From an uncultured virus (IMG/VR IMGVR_UViG_3300048930_001385) (taxonomy: Duplodnaviria; Heunggongvirae; Uroviricota; Caudoviricetes): a stretch of DNA of 64,000 bases. The notes under the pieces are model-generated. The model saw only the letters and a list, made by a program, of their open reading frames with translations. It searched no databases and was not told the DNA's origin. Position 1 is the stretch's first letter; every line of letters starts with the position of its first letter. A program made the translations under genes and the position numbers. Location: the IMG/VR virus record IMGVR_UViG_3300048930_001385. One strand, 5' to 3'. Positions 28,248 to 38,437 of this stretch are shown piece after piece.

Positions 28248-28547
28248 TTACATGAGCCTATTCTGGTGGGCATAGTACTCGATACTGTTCATGCCATGGG
28301 AGTACGCAAAAAACTGATGGAGAGGGTTACCGAACATATAATAATGGAGAGCGCCCTGGAATCCGTACCCTCCAACCAACAGAAGAAGAGCTGGAGTTAT
28401 CAACCCCATGCCGATTAGGAGAATACTCATACCAATATAGGCAGCATCACCGAAGAATTTCATTCGGCCCGGAAGCCGGGACTCTGTGAAGGTGATGATC
28501 ACGAAACCAGCTACGAACAGCCACTCGCCCGCGAGAGCGAGAAGCAC
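28248..28547 (-). CDS. membrane protein
   Basis: Hydrophobic segments; GTG start with AGGAG. Confidence 0.55.
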   Translation of the reverse strand: MLLALAGEWLFVAGFVIITFTESRLPGRMKFFGDAAYIGMSILLIGMGLITPALLLLVGGYGFQGALHYYMFGNPLHQFFAYSHGMNSIEYYAHQNRLM

Positions 28548-28749
28548 AATCGCTCCTACTCAGCACAGCAGCGTGGCCAAGGAGGAGAGGAAGATCTTGA
28601 TCTTCGTGCTCTCGGGTAAACTATCCACCAGCTCCTTACGAAGTTCACTGTTGCTCTGCATCAGGTATTCCCTCAGTTGGTTGTTATGAGTGTTTATCGG
28701 ACCGAGATTGCTGGCCCTAAAGGCCAAGGTAGTGGCCTGTGCAATTTCA

Positions 28750-28929
28750 GTTGATGTGCTATTACGCCAAATGGGTCTTACTTATAGGTTAGGTGATGAC
28801 GCCATCACCTTCCACCACGCTTATTCGTTGCTCCACAGAGTAGCAGTCGCGTCCGCTCCCCGCTTCACAGCCCGTTAACAAGCTGCCCAACTCCTTAGAT
28901 GATGGCTGCCTCTAAGCCAACATTTCAAC
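28750..28929 (-). ncRNA. 23S rRNA GTPase-associated-centre (H43/H44, L11-binding) mimic with a ~120-nt insertion
   Basis: GTTGA-AATGTTGGCTTAGAGGCAGCCATCATCTAAGGAGT[insert]GCGTAATAGCACA-TCAAC; own promoter at 28961; no ORF on this strand. Confidence 0.8.
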
Positions 28930-29036
28930 CTACGTCGTATGCATCCGACGATATGGTATGTATCGTCAACCCTTGCTTTTGCTTGAGGCCAAATGCTTGG
29001 CCCATACTAGGTTATAACAAGCACCAGGCACTAGGA

Positions 29037-29384
29037 TCAGTCGAGAAAATGATCAAGGGTCTGCTGGCGGGCCTTGGCGTCGCCACGAACTTGCAAGAGA
29101 GTATTGCGGATCAGCAAGTTCTGCTCGCTAGTAATCCGTCGCTCTACCTCATTACTACCGCTCCCCAGAGTAAGGACACTCAGACCGCCTCCGAAGTTTG
29201 TGAACAGGTAGACACGTTGACCCTTATAATTGCCAGAAAGAGAGGGGTCGTCTGCAGGATAATTGTTCCAAATAACTGTTCCCGCAGTGGTACCATCGAC
29301 AATCTTCTGAACGATAGTTGCGGTCTCTGCCTTGAACTGCTGCTTGCGATTGTGGTTGCGAAGCATCTTTGCGAACGGATTCAT
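29037..29384 (-). CDS. hypothetical protein
   Basis: 115 aa; GGAGGAG RBS. Confidence 0.65.
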   Translation of the reverse strand: MNPFAKMLRNHNRKQQFKAETATIVQKIVDGTTAGTVIWNNYPADDPSLSGNYKGQRVYLFTNFGGGLSVLTLGSGSNEVERRITSEQNLLIRNTLLQVRGDAKARQQTLDHFLD

Positions 29385-29464
29385 GGCTCTCCTCCTATTT
29401 AGTGCTGCTGGTTAGACTGTCGGCAACTCGACGGATAAGTATGAGGCCACGCTTGTGGCCTGTG

Positions 29465-29650
29465 TCAGTCAACCTGTACCCAGACGCCATCCTGGTACTG
29501 GATCAGGGCTTCGCCGCTCGTGTATCCAGCAACCAGCCAAGCGCCCTCATCCTCATCGTAAGCGTGTATGGTGTCAATCTCATCTTCTTCTTCGTATCCG
29601 TTTACAAACGTATCACCGGCGCTAGGCTTATGTTCGTAAAAACCGTACAT
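29465..29650 (-). CDS. small acidic hypothetical protein
   Basis: 61 aa; AGGAGG RBS. Confidence 0.6.
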   Translation of the reverse strand: MYGFYEHKPSAGDTFVNGYEEEDEIDTIHAYDEDEGAWLVAGYTSGEALIQYQDGVWVQVD

Positions 29651-29679
29651 CTTTCCTCCTGCTAGATAGGGCGACTGGC

Positions 29680-30123
29680 TTACATACCAGTAGCCAGCTC
29701 ACGCTCCTGCTCGCGCTTAGCCTTGTAATGTTCATAATTGTCCAGAACATAATCTGCTTGGCTAATATTCTCAAAAGCGCCGTAAGTGATTCCCATGAAT
29801 CCATACGTCTTGCCGAGAGGCAGGGGAACCTCGCCCTCGCCTACCTTGGCAAGGTAGTGCTCGCGGGTGACAGGGTAAGCGAACTGCTGGCCGTCACCGA
29901 ATTCAACAAGAATACAGCCCTCTGACCACTCGTACCCACCGCTATCACGGATGAAGTCAGCAGGCTTCTCCAGCGCTACCACACGCCCCTGAAAAACAGG
30001 ACGCTCTTTCTCGATCTGCTCAGGCGCGGAGTCCTTATCGAGGAAACACTGCATGTAGTACACTTGCCAGTCGATAACCTCGTCGCCGACCTTGACATTC
30101 AGCGGGTACGGGTGAAGATCCAT
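29680..30123 (-). CDS. hypothetical protein
   Basis: 147 aa; GAGG RBS. Confidence 0.65.
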   Translation of the reverse strand: MDLHPYPLNVKVGDEVIDWQVYYMQCFLDKDSAPEQIEKERPVFQGRVVALEKPADFIRDSGGYEWSEGCILVEFGDGQQFAYPVTREHYLAKVGEGEVPLPLGKTYGFMGITYGAFENISQADYVLDNYEHYKAKREQERELATGM

Positions 30124-30214
30124 TGTTCTGCCTCGTCTAGTTGGATGGTAACTGTCTTGGGGTATATCGGTAGCCAGGTCATGACCTCAAGGCCAATAGC
30201 TTGGCCTCTCTGAT

Positions 30215-31666
30215 CTAGATATAGTCGTCGGACGCTTGGGAATGCGCACTCTGCTCGGCCTTGATACGCTTAAGCTCTGCCTCGTACCTTGCCCGCATTC
30301 GCTCAATGCCTCGTGTGGAAACGTAAGAGCGAGTCTCGGCATTCTTATTGAGGGCTTCAAGAGTACCCAACTTTAGTTCAATCACTTCCTGCTTCTGCTG
30401 GAGCTTCTTAAGTGATTCTGAGTTTGCGTTGGTGTGGTTTTGATGCCCCGCCCGCTTTAGGTGGTAACGGACTGCGCTAGGGGTCATACCCTCCGACCGT
30501 GCAACACGATTGATTGCGACGGCCTCACTCTTGCCGTTCTTAATCTCGGCCTTAACCGCTCGGATTACCTGCTTGTTGCGCTCAGTGAGCTTGCTAGGGG
30601 TCTTGGAGAAAGTGTGGATATTTTGCTTATGGAGGGTGCCTTCATAAGCTCTCTGTAGCGCCTCACCCCCATTCATCTTAGCGTACTGGACGAGTATATT
30701 CCCGACCTGAACGGGAGAAATGCGATACTCATATCCTAATCCCTCTACTGCACGAGCCCGTGACTGACCACTCTCTCGCCGCCGACTAAGAGAGTAGGCA
30801 ACATTCTGTGGGTTCGGCTCTTGTCCGGTGCTGGCATTCTTCGTGGGTGATAAGAGTAAACGTCCTTGGTCAGATATGTAAACGTCCTTGGCAAGATATT
30901 TATCTTGCATCGGCGTTAGGTAATCGTCCTCAAACCCGACGACAAGACCATGGTTCTCAATATCAATATCATAATTTACTGACCTACTGTCGAACTGCTC
31001 GTCGCTCAGGCAACGGATGGTGCCGGTCAGTGGCTTGCCCCACTTATATTCATACCCCACGTCCCAATTCCAGTGGCTGCAAAAATTGGACAGTCCACCA
31101 TCCCATTCGTCGACCATGCGAACAAGATCAATTTCTACCCGGTCTCCCGGCTGGTAAATTGGCTTATCTTTCTTTGGCTCTGGCAGGGCCGCTGGAGCAA
31201 ACTTGTCGGCTGCGGAGACCTCGGGCAGTTCCTTGACCTCAAGCCTCTGCATGAGAAAATTACGCTGAACGATGATACTGTCACCTGACGCCTGCTCCTG
31301 CTGGTCAGCGATGTTTGTCAGCTTGCCTTCAATCATATGAATATTCTGCTGACACACCTGAGCGGCGGTTAGCTCTCCATCAAGGAGCTTGCCGGCGTGG
31401 CCCTGCGCCTCGGCTACTCGGTACTGCTCAACAATCTCTGGCAAGTAGACGTTGCGGATCTGGTCGAGAATATGAGCCGTTTCCGGATTGAGCAGGTCAC
31501 GCTTTTCATCTACCTGCTGCCATTGCGCGATACAACGCTTGAGCGACAAGACCATTTCTGAGGGTAGGCCTCGGGTTGAAATCGCATCCACATGCGCGTG
31601 CTCAGGGGCCACGACCTCGGGGACCGTGGGCTGACCCTTCCTTGTTTTACGCTTCTTCCAAAACAT
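30215..31666 (-). CDS. Multidomain protein; N-terminus resembles TelA-associated (XpaC-like) partners, C-terminal HTH-like segment
   Basis: 483 aa; YLPEIVEQY helix; VARSEGMTPSAVRYHL; adjacent to telA. Confidence 0.6.
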   Translation of the reverse strand: MFWKKRKTRKGQPTVPEVVAPEHAHVDAISTRGLPSEMVLSLKRCIAQWQQVDEKRDLLNPETAHILDQIRNVYLPEIVEQYRVAEAQGHAGKLLDGELTAAQVCQQNIHMIEGKLTNIADQQEQASGDSIIVQRNFLMQRLEVKELPEVSAADKFAPAALPEPKKDKPIYQPGDRVEIDLVRMVDEWDGGLSNFCSHWNWDVGYEYKWGKPLTGTIRCLSDEQFDSRSVNYDIDIENHGLVVGFEDDYLTPMQDKYLAKDVYISDQGRLLLSPTKNASTGQEPNPQNVAYSLSRRRESGQSRARAVEGLGYEYRISPVQVGNILVQYAKMNGGEALQRAYEGTLHKQNIHTFSKTPSKLTERNKQVIRAVKAEIKNGKSEAVAINRVARSEGMTPSAVRYHLKRAGHQNHTNANSESLKKLQQKQEVIELKLGTLEALNKNAETRSYVSTRGIERMRARYEAELKRIKAEQSAHSQASDDYI

Positions 31667-31729
31667 CGTGCTATCCTCTTTGCTAACTAGAGGTTATATC
31701 GGCATCGGGCAGACGAGGCATTAGGCCAA

Positions 31730-32869
31730 TCAAGCGACCTGCTCTGATGGTGGTTCAAGCTGCCGCTGCTCGCCCGCCTCAAGCTGTGCTGCGCCGTTGT
31801 GAACCTCGCCGAGTCGTGCCATTTCGCTCTCAAGGGCGGCAATCTCTCGGTTCATGCTTTCAAGGCCGACGGTCTTAGCGTTCTCAAGTGTCTGCATGGC
31901 CTCAAAGACATTCGTGAATGCTTCCTTGAGCTTGCTAGTATCAATACCGCTCGCCATCGCCTGCTGGGCAATCTCGCCAGTCTGCTGCTTGATACGCTTG
32001 GAGTTGCTCAGGAGAATACTATTAGTAGTCTCATTGACGCTGTTGATGTGCTGGATGGATGCCTGCTGGGTGGCGAGCGCGCTATTGATCATAACAGCAG
32101 CGTTGAGTGCCGTCACCGTCGTTCGGGCAGCACGATCCACACCCTTGATAAGTTCAACGTTATTCTTACCAATAGTGTCAAGAGCGACATAGCTCTGTAG
32201 TGTCACCGCCTGATGGACCATAAGATCCTGATGCCGCTGGCGAGCCGGGAAAAGCATATCATTAGCCAGTCGCTCTGCCTGCTCTCCGTCAGTAGCGCGA
32301 AGCTCCTCGACCTGACGCTCAAGCTCGGCCTCTACCTCGGCAGCGACAGCGATGTGCTCCTTAATATTATGCATCGACTCGTACATGGACTTAAGCTCAA
32401 CCTCAATCGCGGCGTTATCGCGGATAAGCTCTTCCTTGCCGTTATAAAGCCCCTTGACAACGGCATCGATCTGAGTCTTAGCAGGCTCAAACTCGCGCAT
32501 GTATCGCTGCATGGAACGGGCCGCTCCGCCGACCAGCGGGAGCTTCGCAAGGAAGCCGTTGAGGGTGCGGGAGCGATTGGGATCGATAGCCTCAACCTTA
32601 TTGCGAAGATCGATCAGCGACCCCGAGACCTTTGCACTACCACCGTCAACGTCCTTCATGTGGCGCATCGTCTTGGCGAGCATGCGCTCGGCAGCGGCTC
32701 CGGTACGGTAGATATCCTCGTCACCGATCTTTGACAGGCTCTCCACCCGTGCCTGCCACTCAGGGGTATGCGGACGCAGGCTCGTGATATCAGCCGTGTA
32801 CTCGCTCGCTCGCTTCGAGACCTCTACGGTCTGAGCGGTATCAAGGATAACGATATCGGTGTTAGTCAT
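31730..32869 (-). CDS. telA: Toxic anion resistance protein (TelA/KlaA family)
   Basis: L.DLR.KVE.IDP, QID.VV..L..GK.EL.RDN, NN.ELIKGVDRA..TTV.AL...V...ALATQ. Confidence 0.88.
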   Translation of the reverse strand: MTNTDIVILDTAQTVEVSKRASEYTADITSLRPHTPEWQARVESLSKIGDEDIYRTGAAAERMLAKTMRHMKDVDGGSAKVSGSLIDLRNKVEAIDPNRSRTLNGFLAKLPLVGGAARSMQRYMREFEPAKTQIDAVVKGLYNGKEELIRDNAAIEVELKSMYESMHNIKEHIAVAAEVEAELERQVEELRATDGEQAERLANDMLFPARQRHQDLMVHQAVTLQSYVALDTIGKNNVELIKGVDRAARTTVTALNAAVMINSALATQQASIQHINSVNETTNSILLSNSKRIKQQTGEIAQQAMASGIDTSKLKEAFTNVFEAMQTLENAKTVGLESMNREIAALESEMARLGEVHNGAAQLEAGEQRQLEPPSEQVA

Positions 32870-32971
32870 GGTATTCCTTATTGGTTGATTGACTTCTAGG
32901 TTACTATCGGCAGCAGCATCATAAGGCATTAGGCCAAAGGTATGGCCGCCCTGTATAACGGAAGACGGTTA

Positions 32972-33307
32972 TTAACTTAATTCCGATGCAAAATGACCCT
33001 CAGGTGAAAGTCTTTCCAACTTCCCGCTCCTGCGCTCACGCCAAATCTGCGGCTCGCTCTTTGTACCCCGTGCATCGTCTAGGTATGGCTGATCCATTAC
33101 ATTGGCATCGGTGCCGCAATTTACCAAGCCCCACCAGTATGTTCCCCATGGCTCAGAGATACGAGCCGCGTGTGAGAATGACCTTGCCCAGACAAGTAGC
33201 TTGGTGCCACCCTTCTCATGCTGAACATAGCACCGGCAAGGACGAGCTGCATTAGCCTCCATAGCAGCTCGTCGCTCAGCCTTTCGCTTGTCTCGGTCAG
33301 TGCTCAT
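32972..33307 (-). CDS. hypothetical protein
   Basis: Leaderless ATG 8 nt after CCGATA. Confidence 0.6.
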   Translation of the reverse strand: MSTDRDKRKAERRAAMEANAARPCRCYVQHEKGGTKLLVWARSFSHAARISEPWGTYWWGLVNCGTDANVMDQPYLDDARGTKSEPQIWRERRSGKLERLSPEGHFASELS

Positions 33308-33360
33308 AGATACTGTATCGGTAAGGGTTGTGATCAATATTAGGCCAACTCGCTGGCCTT

Positions 33361-33702
33361 TCACTGCGCCCACTCCGGCCCAAAGTCAGCTACAAAAGCC
33401 TCGCAGCGCTGGCAAGGCACCGAGCGACCCTCGCGCTCGGCGCAAGACTTGGCGCTAAGGGAGACGAAGAAAGCCGCGTCCTTTTCGCACATTCCTCGTT
33501 CAATCATGCGGATGCGGAGAGCATAGGGACCGCTACCCTCACAGCGATTAGGATCCTGGGGGAATAGCTCCTCAAGTCGCAGACAAAGAGCTACATGAAG
33601 TTCCTCTGGTACACTATCCCAAAAGCGGTTCAGCGACTTCTGGTCTTCACACTGGTGCCAACCGAGAACATAGCGGTCAATATTATCATCAAGCGAGTCC
33701 AT
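33361..33702 (-). CDS. hypothetical protein
   Basis: AGGAG RBS; Cys-containing C-terminus. Confidence 0.6.
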   Translation of the reverse strand: MDSLDDNIDRYVLGWHQCEDQKSLNRFWDSVPEELHVALCLRLEELFPQDPNRCEGSGPYALRIRMIERGMCEKDAAFFVSLSAKSCAEREGRSVPCQRCEAFVADFGPEWAQ

Positions 33703-33837
33703 AGTGATTCTCCTAGACCGGGGCAAGAGCCTCTCTCCTGCCTCTCGCTTATTACATCCGCCCTCAGCGAAGAAAACGTTCAAGATCCATGCGGCCAATA
33801 CTTTGGCCTAATTATGCGACGTCAAGGGATTAAAATT

Positions 33838-34305
33838 TCATGCGAAGAACTCATCGGCCCAGGAGAACTTGACCCCTGCTGCAGCTGCCGCCTGTTCGTC
33901 GACTTCCATATCGCCGACATAGTGTGTATCCTCTGCGGCGACGCCATGATCGCGCATCGCCTCGGTGATCATCAAACCACTGGGCTTGCGTCGTGCTGCC
34001 CCCTTGGCTTCTCGCCATTTACCTCTCCCGCTAGGGTGATGATAACAAACATACACGGGTGTATCCTCGGGCAGGCCGACAGCGACTTTGACCTCGCGGA
34101 ATTTACGCTCAGCATCGGCGACAGTATTTTTATAGAACGCTACACCAGCTTGATTTGTTACGATGGCGATACTGTCTCCTGCCCCTAGGAGTGAACGGAT
34201 CCCTTCAGCGCGCCCGGGCAGTGTCTCCCAAACATGATAGCGTTTGAGAGGATCCGTCATGAACGACGTGATCAGGGTGCCATCCATATCAAATAAGTAG
34301 AGCAT
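33838..34305 (-). CDS. HAD-IIIA phosphatase (GmhB / polynucleotide 3'-phosphatase-like)
   Basis: FDMDGTL, IVTNQAG, RRKPSGLM, YVGD...D..AA..AGV. Confidence 0.88.
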   Translation of the reverse strand: MLYLFDMDGTLITSFMTDPLKRYHVWETLPGRAEGIRSLLGAGDSIAIVTNQAGVAFYKNTVADAERKFREVKVAVGLPEDTPVYVCYHHPSGRGKWREAKGAARRKPSGLMITEAMRDHGVAAEDTHYVGDMEVDEQAAAAAGVKFSWADEFFA

Positions 34306-34346
34306 ACATACTATATCGGCAACATGGCCAGGGACTGGAGGCCAAT

Positions 34347-34592
34347 TTACAGGGACAGGTCGTTGTCGCTGACGCCGGTATCGCCATAGCGCATCCACGC
34401 TGGTAGGCCACCGACTTCTTGGGCATGGACAGTCTCACAGTGATTCTTTGCGTCTTCAACTGTCAGAAAATCACGCTTCAGCCACTCTTCTTCAACATAA
34501 TCTCGTACAGAGAATGTACCATCCTCGTTATCGCGGATGAGCCAGCGCCAGTCATCCGATGAGATGCCCTGTTGATCTTCGTTCCAATTCAT
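34347..34592 (-). CDS. hypothetical protein
   Basis: TATAAT-N6-ATG; 81 aa. Confidence 0.6.
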   Translation of the reverse strand: MNWNEDQQGISSDDWRWLIRDNEDGTFSVRDYVEEEWLKRDFLTVEDAKNHCETVHAQEVGGLPAWMRYGDTGVSDNDLSL

Positions 34593-34643
34593 AATTTTAT
34601 TATACCACTCTTCAGGCAGTGTACGCAGATTATTGAACCCGGG

Positions 34644-35228
34644 CTAGCGGAGAAATTTCACCCAGAGGTTCACGGCCGTTAGTACCTGTGTAGCAGTTAG
34701 CTGAACGCCCGAAATGGTGATCTTATCAACACCCGCTGCTGGGAGCTTCGTGATATTGAATTTGCGCGACATCCGACTCTGGACTTCTTCAGCGACTACG
34801 CCGGTCTTGCCCTGTGCCCCGACTACCTCCCACAAGCCTCCGTGACTGTCAGTAAGCTCGATCTTTGCACCCCTCGCAAGCGCATGCTGGACGATTTCAG
34901 CAACCTCTTTTGGCTGGAGGGGCCGCTTCGTCGGGTCTGTCTGGCTGGAGACGAGATAGGCGTCTTGAGGGCATGAGGATCCCATCCAGTGGTGGCGGTA
35001 ATGCTGGTAATTTGTCTCAAAGAACCAGTCGCTGTCCGTGACAGTAACCCTGTCTAGTTCACGGTAGATGACACGGTCATGGACATTGCACTGAGGGCAC
35101 CAGTAATCCATTGTTGAGAGTTGATCAGGGAGGAAGGTGCCCGGAGACGGAGTATTGGGGTGATTCAGTGACTGACAATGAATACATTCAGCATAGAGGA
35201 GCTTACCCTTGGGGATGGTTATAATCAT
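34644..35228 (-). CDS. hypothetical protein with N-terminal Zn ribbon
   Basis: CIHC...CPQC; GAGG RBS. Confidence 0.65.
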   Translation of the reverse strand: MIITIPKGKLLYAECIHCQSLNHPNTPSPGTFLPDQLSTMDYWCPQCNVHDRVIYRELDRVTVTDSDWFFETNYQHYRHHWMGSSCPQDAYLVSSQTDPTKRPLQPKEVAEIVQHALARGAKIELTDSHGGLWEVVGAQGKTGVVAEEVQSRMSRKFNITKLPAAGVDKITISGVQLTATQVLTAVNLWVKFLR

Positions 35229-35329
35229 TTATTGTCCTCATTAGCATTGTCTGGGTGTTGCCTAGCTGCTCTCCGTTGATGGTTTATCGTCATTTCTGGC
35301 ATGGACTAAAGGCCAACCATTTGGTAAAA

Positions 35330-35363
35330 GTGATGGACCCCACCGCCAGGCAGGGTCCATCAC
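35330..35363 (-). terminator. Rho-independent terminator
   Basis: GTGATGGACCC/GGGTCCATCAC stem followed by TTTT on the minus strand, just after the ligase stop codon. Confidence 0.7.
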
Positions 35364-35366
35364 CTT

Positions 35367-35930
35367 TTACAGAGGCGGCAGATCGCGCTTCTTGATCTTC
35401 ACCATGTCACCTGTTGCACTATCAGGGTTGCGATGAAACACGACACCTTCGAAGCTAATGCCTCTTAGATACTCCACCAGCCCCTCGTAGTCTCGCGGCA
35501 CGTCTTCAAGAACTTCTGCTCGGTCGTGAGAGATCAGCCTGTAAGACTCTCCCTCATTTCCGCCCTGAATACGGGCGCCAACCGCCTCATAAGTCCCGTC
35601 AGGAAGATCATTGCCATTGGAATTTTCAAATGCCTGGATAAAGTACTTATCCTCTGGAGCATCAAAATTCACTGGCACCCAGCCGATTGTCTTGTGAGTC
35701 ATCGGGTCAAAATGAACCTGCTCAAAGTCAGCGGGGACCGGCTTTCCAGCCTTAACCTCGCGTCGCTTATAGAACTTGCCATTCCGAATCAGGCATGAGT
35801 TACCATCGTACTTCCTGGTGGCAACGCCCTCTCCAGCAAGGACCCACTCGCAGCCCTCGTTGACCTCATTGATAACATGGCGTGTCTTGCTATTCCAATC
35901 TCGCTTGAATAGAGTTGGGATCTTCTTCAT
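35367..35930 (-). CDS. RNA ligase-like nucleotidyltransferase (DUF5565/RLIG1-like)
   Basis: KIPTLF, motif I ATRKYDG, GTYEAVG..IQG.N, EGVVFH, MVKIK. Confidence 0.8.
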   Translation of the reverse strand: MKKIPTLFKRDWNSKTRHVINEVNEGCEWVLAGEGVATRKYDGNSCLIRNGKFYKRREVKAGKPVPADFEQVHFDPMTHKTIGWVPVNFDAPEDKYFIQAFENSNGNDLPDGTYEAVGARIQGGNEGESYRLISHDRAEVLEDVPRDYEGLVEYLRGISFEGVVFHRNPDSATGDMVKIKKRDLPPL

Positions 35931-36455
35931 TGTCTTGCTCCTATGGTTGTGGTTTGGTTTTCGAGTCCACTCACCCGCACCATAGGTATGGTAGAGACCT
36001 TTTGACGGAGCCTTCCCCGCCGTTGATCTCTGCCATTGTTATCGGGGTCTAAGCCCTGATCCTTGAGGCCAATCGTATGGCCCGATCCGTGAAGCCAGAT
36101 GTATGGCCTCGGTTCTGAGAGTGCTACTTTGTCTTGGGCAGCTGGCAGTCACCCTTGCCGCCAATAACAACATGCACAGGGTCTACAACAGTAGCAATTG
36201 AAACAACTTGCCCATCGAGGCGAGTAGTCGTAGTCTTGCCGTCTTCACTGACGGTCTTTGTGATCTGCTCTGACATGAGAGGACTCCTTTGATTTTGAAG
36301 GAATACTCCAATCTCGTGTATAGAGAGTTGGAACCTTCTTTGCTTTTGTTCTCTTAGGTTAGTTGATGGTTTTCTGCGTTAGAAGGTAAAAGTACCCTCT
36401 ACCTTTGTCTCGGAATCCAAGGTTTAAGTCTTGAGGCCAAATGAGTGGCCACTGT

Positions 36456-36995
36456 TTAGCCTAACTGACCGTCATTTTCTAACCACCACTGCCGTAGGGC
36501 TCTCAGGGTCGGCTGAGTCACTGGTTTCGCCGAGTTGTGACGGTGGCTGGCAACACGGGCGCACTCTCTCTGTAAGGCGGTAACTTCACCAACGCTCTGG
36601 TTTAATGGAGCTCCTTGGTGAGCAGCAAGATTTAACAGCGCCTGAGCCATATCCCTACTCCAGCTGAGCGATACACCAGGAATCAGGGTGAAATGACGAT
36701 ACATCAACATAAAGATATTGGCCTCGCCAAGAATAACCATCCGTGACAATCTTTTATAATATTCCTCGTCCAGCGCCGGCTCTAATCCAACACCTAACAA
36801 CACCATGCCTAGGCGATAACGGTATTTTTCTGAGGCAAGCCGTGCACTACGTTCATCACCTGCACGATCCACGCTGAGAACGATCCCTGGTCTCAATGGC
36901 TCTGGAAGACCCTGAAACAGTTCAAGGTTCTTGGAATGCTCTGCACGGGCGATCTCGCGATAAAGACTATGGTCTATGTCCTTGAATTTATCCAC
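36456..36995 (-). CDS. HhH-motif paralog family protein
   Basis: FTLIPGVSLSWSRDM ... TLRALRQWW. Confidence 0.75.
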   Translation of the reverse strand: MDKFKDIDHSLYREIARAEHSKNLELFQGLPEPLRPGIVLSVDRAGDERSARLASEKYRYRLGMVLLGVGLEPALDEEYYKRLSRMVILGEANIFMLMYRHFTLIPGVSLSWSRDMAQALLNLAAHQGAPLNQSVGEVTALQRECARVASHRHNSAKPVTQPTLRALRQWWLENDGQLG

Positions 36996-37389
36996 GCATC
37001 CACCATTCTAACACCGTCCGCATGGCTGCTCGTGAAGGGGGTCGCGCAGATTCATTGCTGAGCGGAGGGATAAAGCGATCATGAAGCCTGGAATAGTAAG
37101 TATCAAAATAATTTTCAAGATCATGACCATTCAATACCAAGACCGAAGTGATATCACCGGCGATATCCCAAGCCCACAGTGTGCCCACGCCAGACAAGCT
37201 CATGAATTCTTGCTGGAGATGATCAGTCAGTAAGACAACGTGATCTAAGATATTTCTTCGCGCGGCCATATTACCGCGAGGCCGAGACCGATATAGATCA
37301 TGTTGCGCTACCTCGTCAGGAACAAGTAGCCGCGCCCTAGCGCTAGCAGGCAGTTGATTATAGACACTATCACGATACCAGTTGATCAT
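36988..37389 (-). CDS. HhH-motif paralog family protein
   Basis: FMSLSGVGTLWAWDI ... AMRTVLEWW. Confidence 0.75.
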   Translation of the reverse strand: MINWYRDSVYNQLPASARARLLVPDEVAQHDLYRSRPRGNMAARRNILDHVVLLTDHLQQEFMSLSGVGTLWAWDIAGDITSVLVLNGHDLENYFDTYYSRLHDRFIPPLSNESARPPSRAAMRTVLEWWMRG

Positions 37390-37429
37390 CAGCCCTCTTA
37401 GTATAGCCTAAGACAGGCAACAGAACGTG

Positions 37430-38110
37430 TCAGTCGGTGACAGCATCGGTAAAGTCGGCTCCGGTAAGATCGGAGTCGGTGAAATTCACTCCTGTAGTAT
37501 TTGCACCCTGGAAATTTGTGCCGTATAGGGAACGACCAGACAGGTCACAGCCGCGCAAATCCATACCCGCAAGGTTAGCCCAATCAAGGTTCTTGGGCCA
37601 CACGTACCCAGCTCGTTGCATCCAGTCAAGGCTTGCCCACTGAAGGGAAAAGCCAATTGGGTCAATCAGCGGGTCAGGCATCAATCCCTGCGCAGCGTCA
37701 ATCCGGTCAGCGATAAATGTCCTTGAGTGGCCGCCCTCATCGTTATGCTTAATCAGGGCCTCTGCTAGAGAATGACCCCGACTCGAGAGCGGGATCACGG
37801 GGTCAAGAAGCTGCTGGGCAGAGCGCGTTGTTGCGTACTCGCACAGGCCATAGACAATGAAATCATTAATACAATCCCAATCATCATGGTCACAGATGAT
37901 ACCAACCTTGGTGCGGGTGCCGTAATCAGTGATTCGGCCACCATCCCCAGCAAGGATGCCGTTGTGCTTACCTGTCCGCATGTAGCGACGCTTCAGGACC
38001 GCATTGCGCTCATTGTCGTTATGGTAAAGATCGATGAGCAGCTGCCAATGATCACGTCCCCACTCGGTGATGGGAATCTTAAGCTCGGGGATACGAATGG
38101 TTGATGTCAT
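37430..38110 (-). CDS. Protein with C-terminal pentapeptide repeats
   Basis: DPIGF..W..Y.WP..L cap followed by ANLAG/CDLSG/TNFQG repeats. Confidence 0.75.
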   Translation of the reverse strand: MTSTIRIPELKIPITEWGRDHWQLLIDLYHNDNERNAVLKRRYMRTGKHNGILAGDGGRITDYGTRTKVGIICDHDDWDCINDFIVYGLCEYATTRSAQQLLDPVIPLSSRGHSLAEALIKHNDEGGHSRTFIADRIDAAQGLMPDPLIDPIGFSLQWASLDWMQRAGYVWPKNLDWANLAGMDLRGCDLSGRSLYGTNFQGANTTGVNFTDSDLTGADFTDAVTD

Positions 38111-38173
38111 GTTTGATGTATCGTCCCCTCTAGGGTTGAATATGAGGCCAAGCGCATGGCCTATCCCGCACTG

Positions 38174-38437
38174 CTAGTAGTAGTTCTTGCGATCCTGCTC
38201 TGCGCGCTTACGAACGCGAGCGCGGAACTCTGGGTCTCTGAATTGAGCAATCATCGCCCAGCCGGTTCCGAGTACACTGAGGATAGTCATAGCAGCCAAG
38301 ATCGGTACTGCAAGCTGGCTGGTAGTCTTAATGGAGACTCCGTAGCCGTGGTAAGTGATCATGACCGAGGCCATAAGACAAACCCCGAGTACGAGGACGA
38401 GAGCGGCCTGAGAGGCGGTAAGCTGACGCTGCATCAT
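38174..38437 (-). CDS. membrane protein
   Basis: Two TM segments; AGGAG RBS. Confidence 0.6.
   Translation of the reverse strand: MMQRQLTASQAALVLVLGVCLMASVMITYHGYGVSIKTTSQLAVPILAAMTILSVLGTGWAMIAQFRDPEFRARVRKRAEQDRKNYY

Noticed and set aside
28750..28929. True rRNA gene
   Set aside because: Only ~58 nt match 23S rRNA, split by an insert; no flanking rRNA sequence is present.
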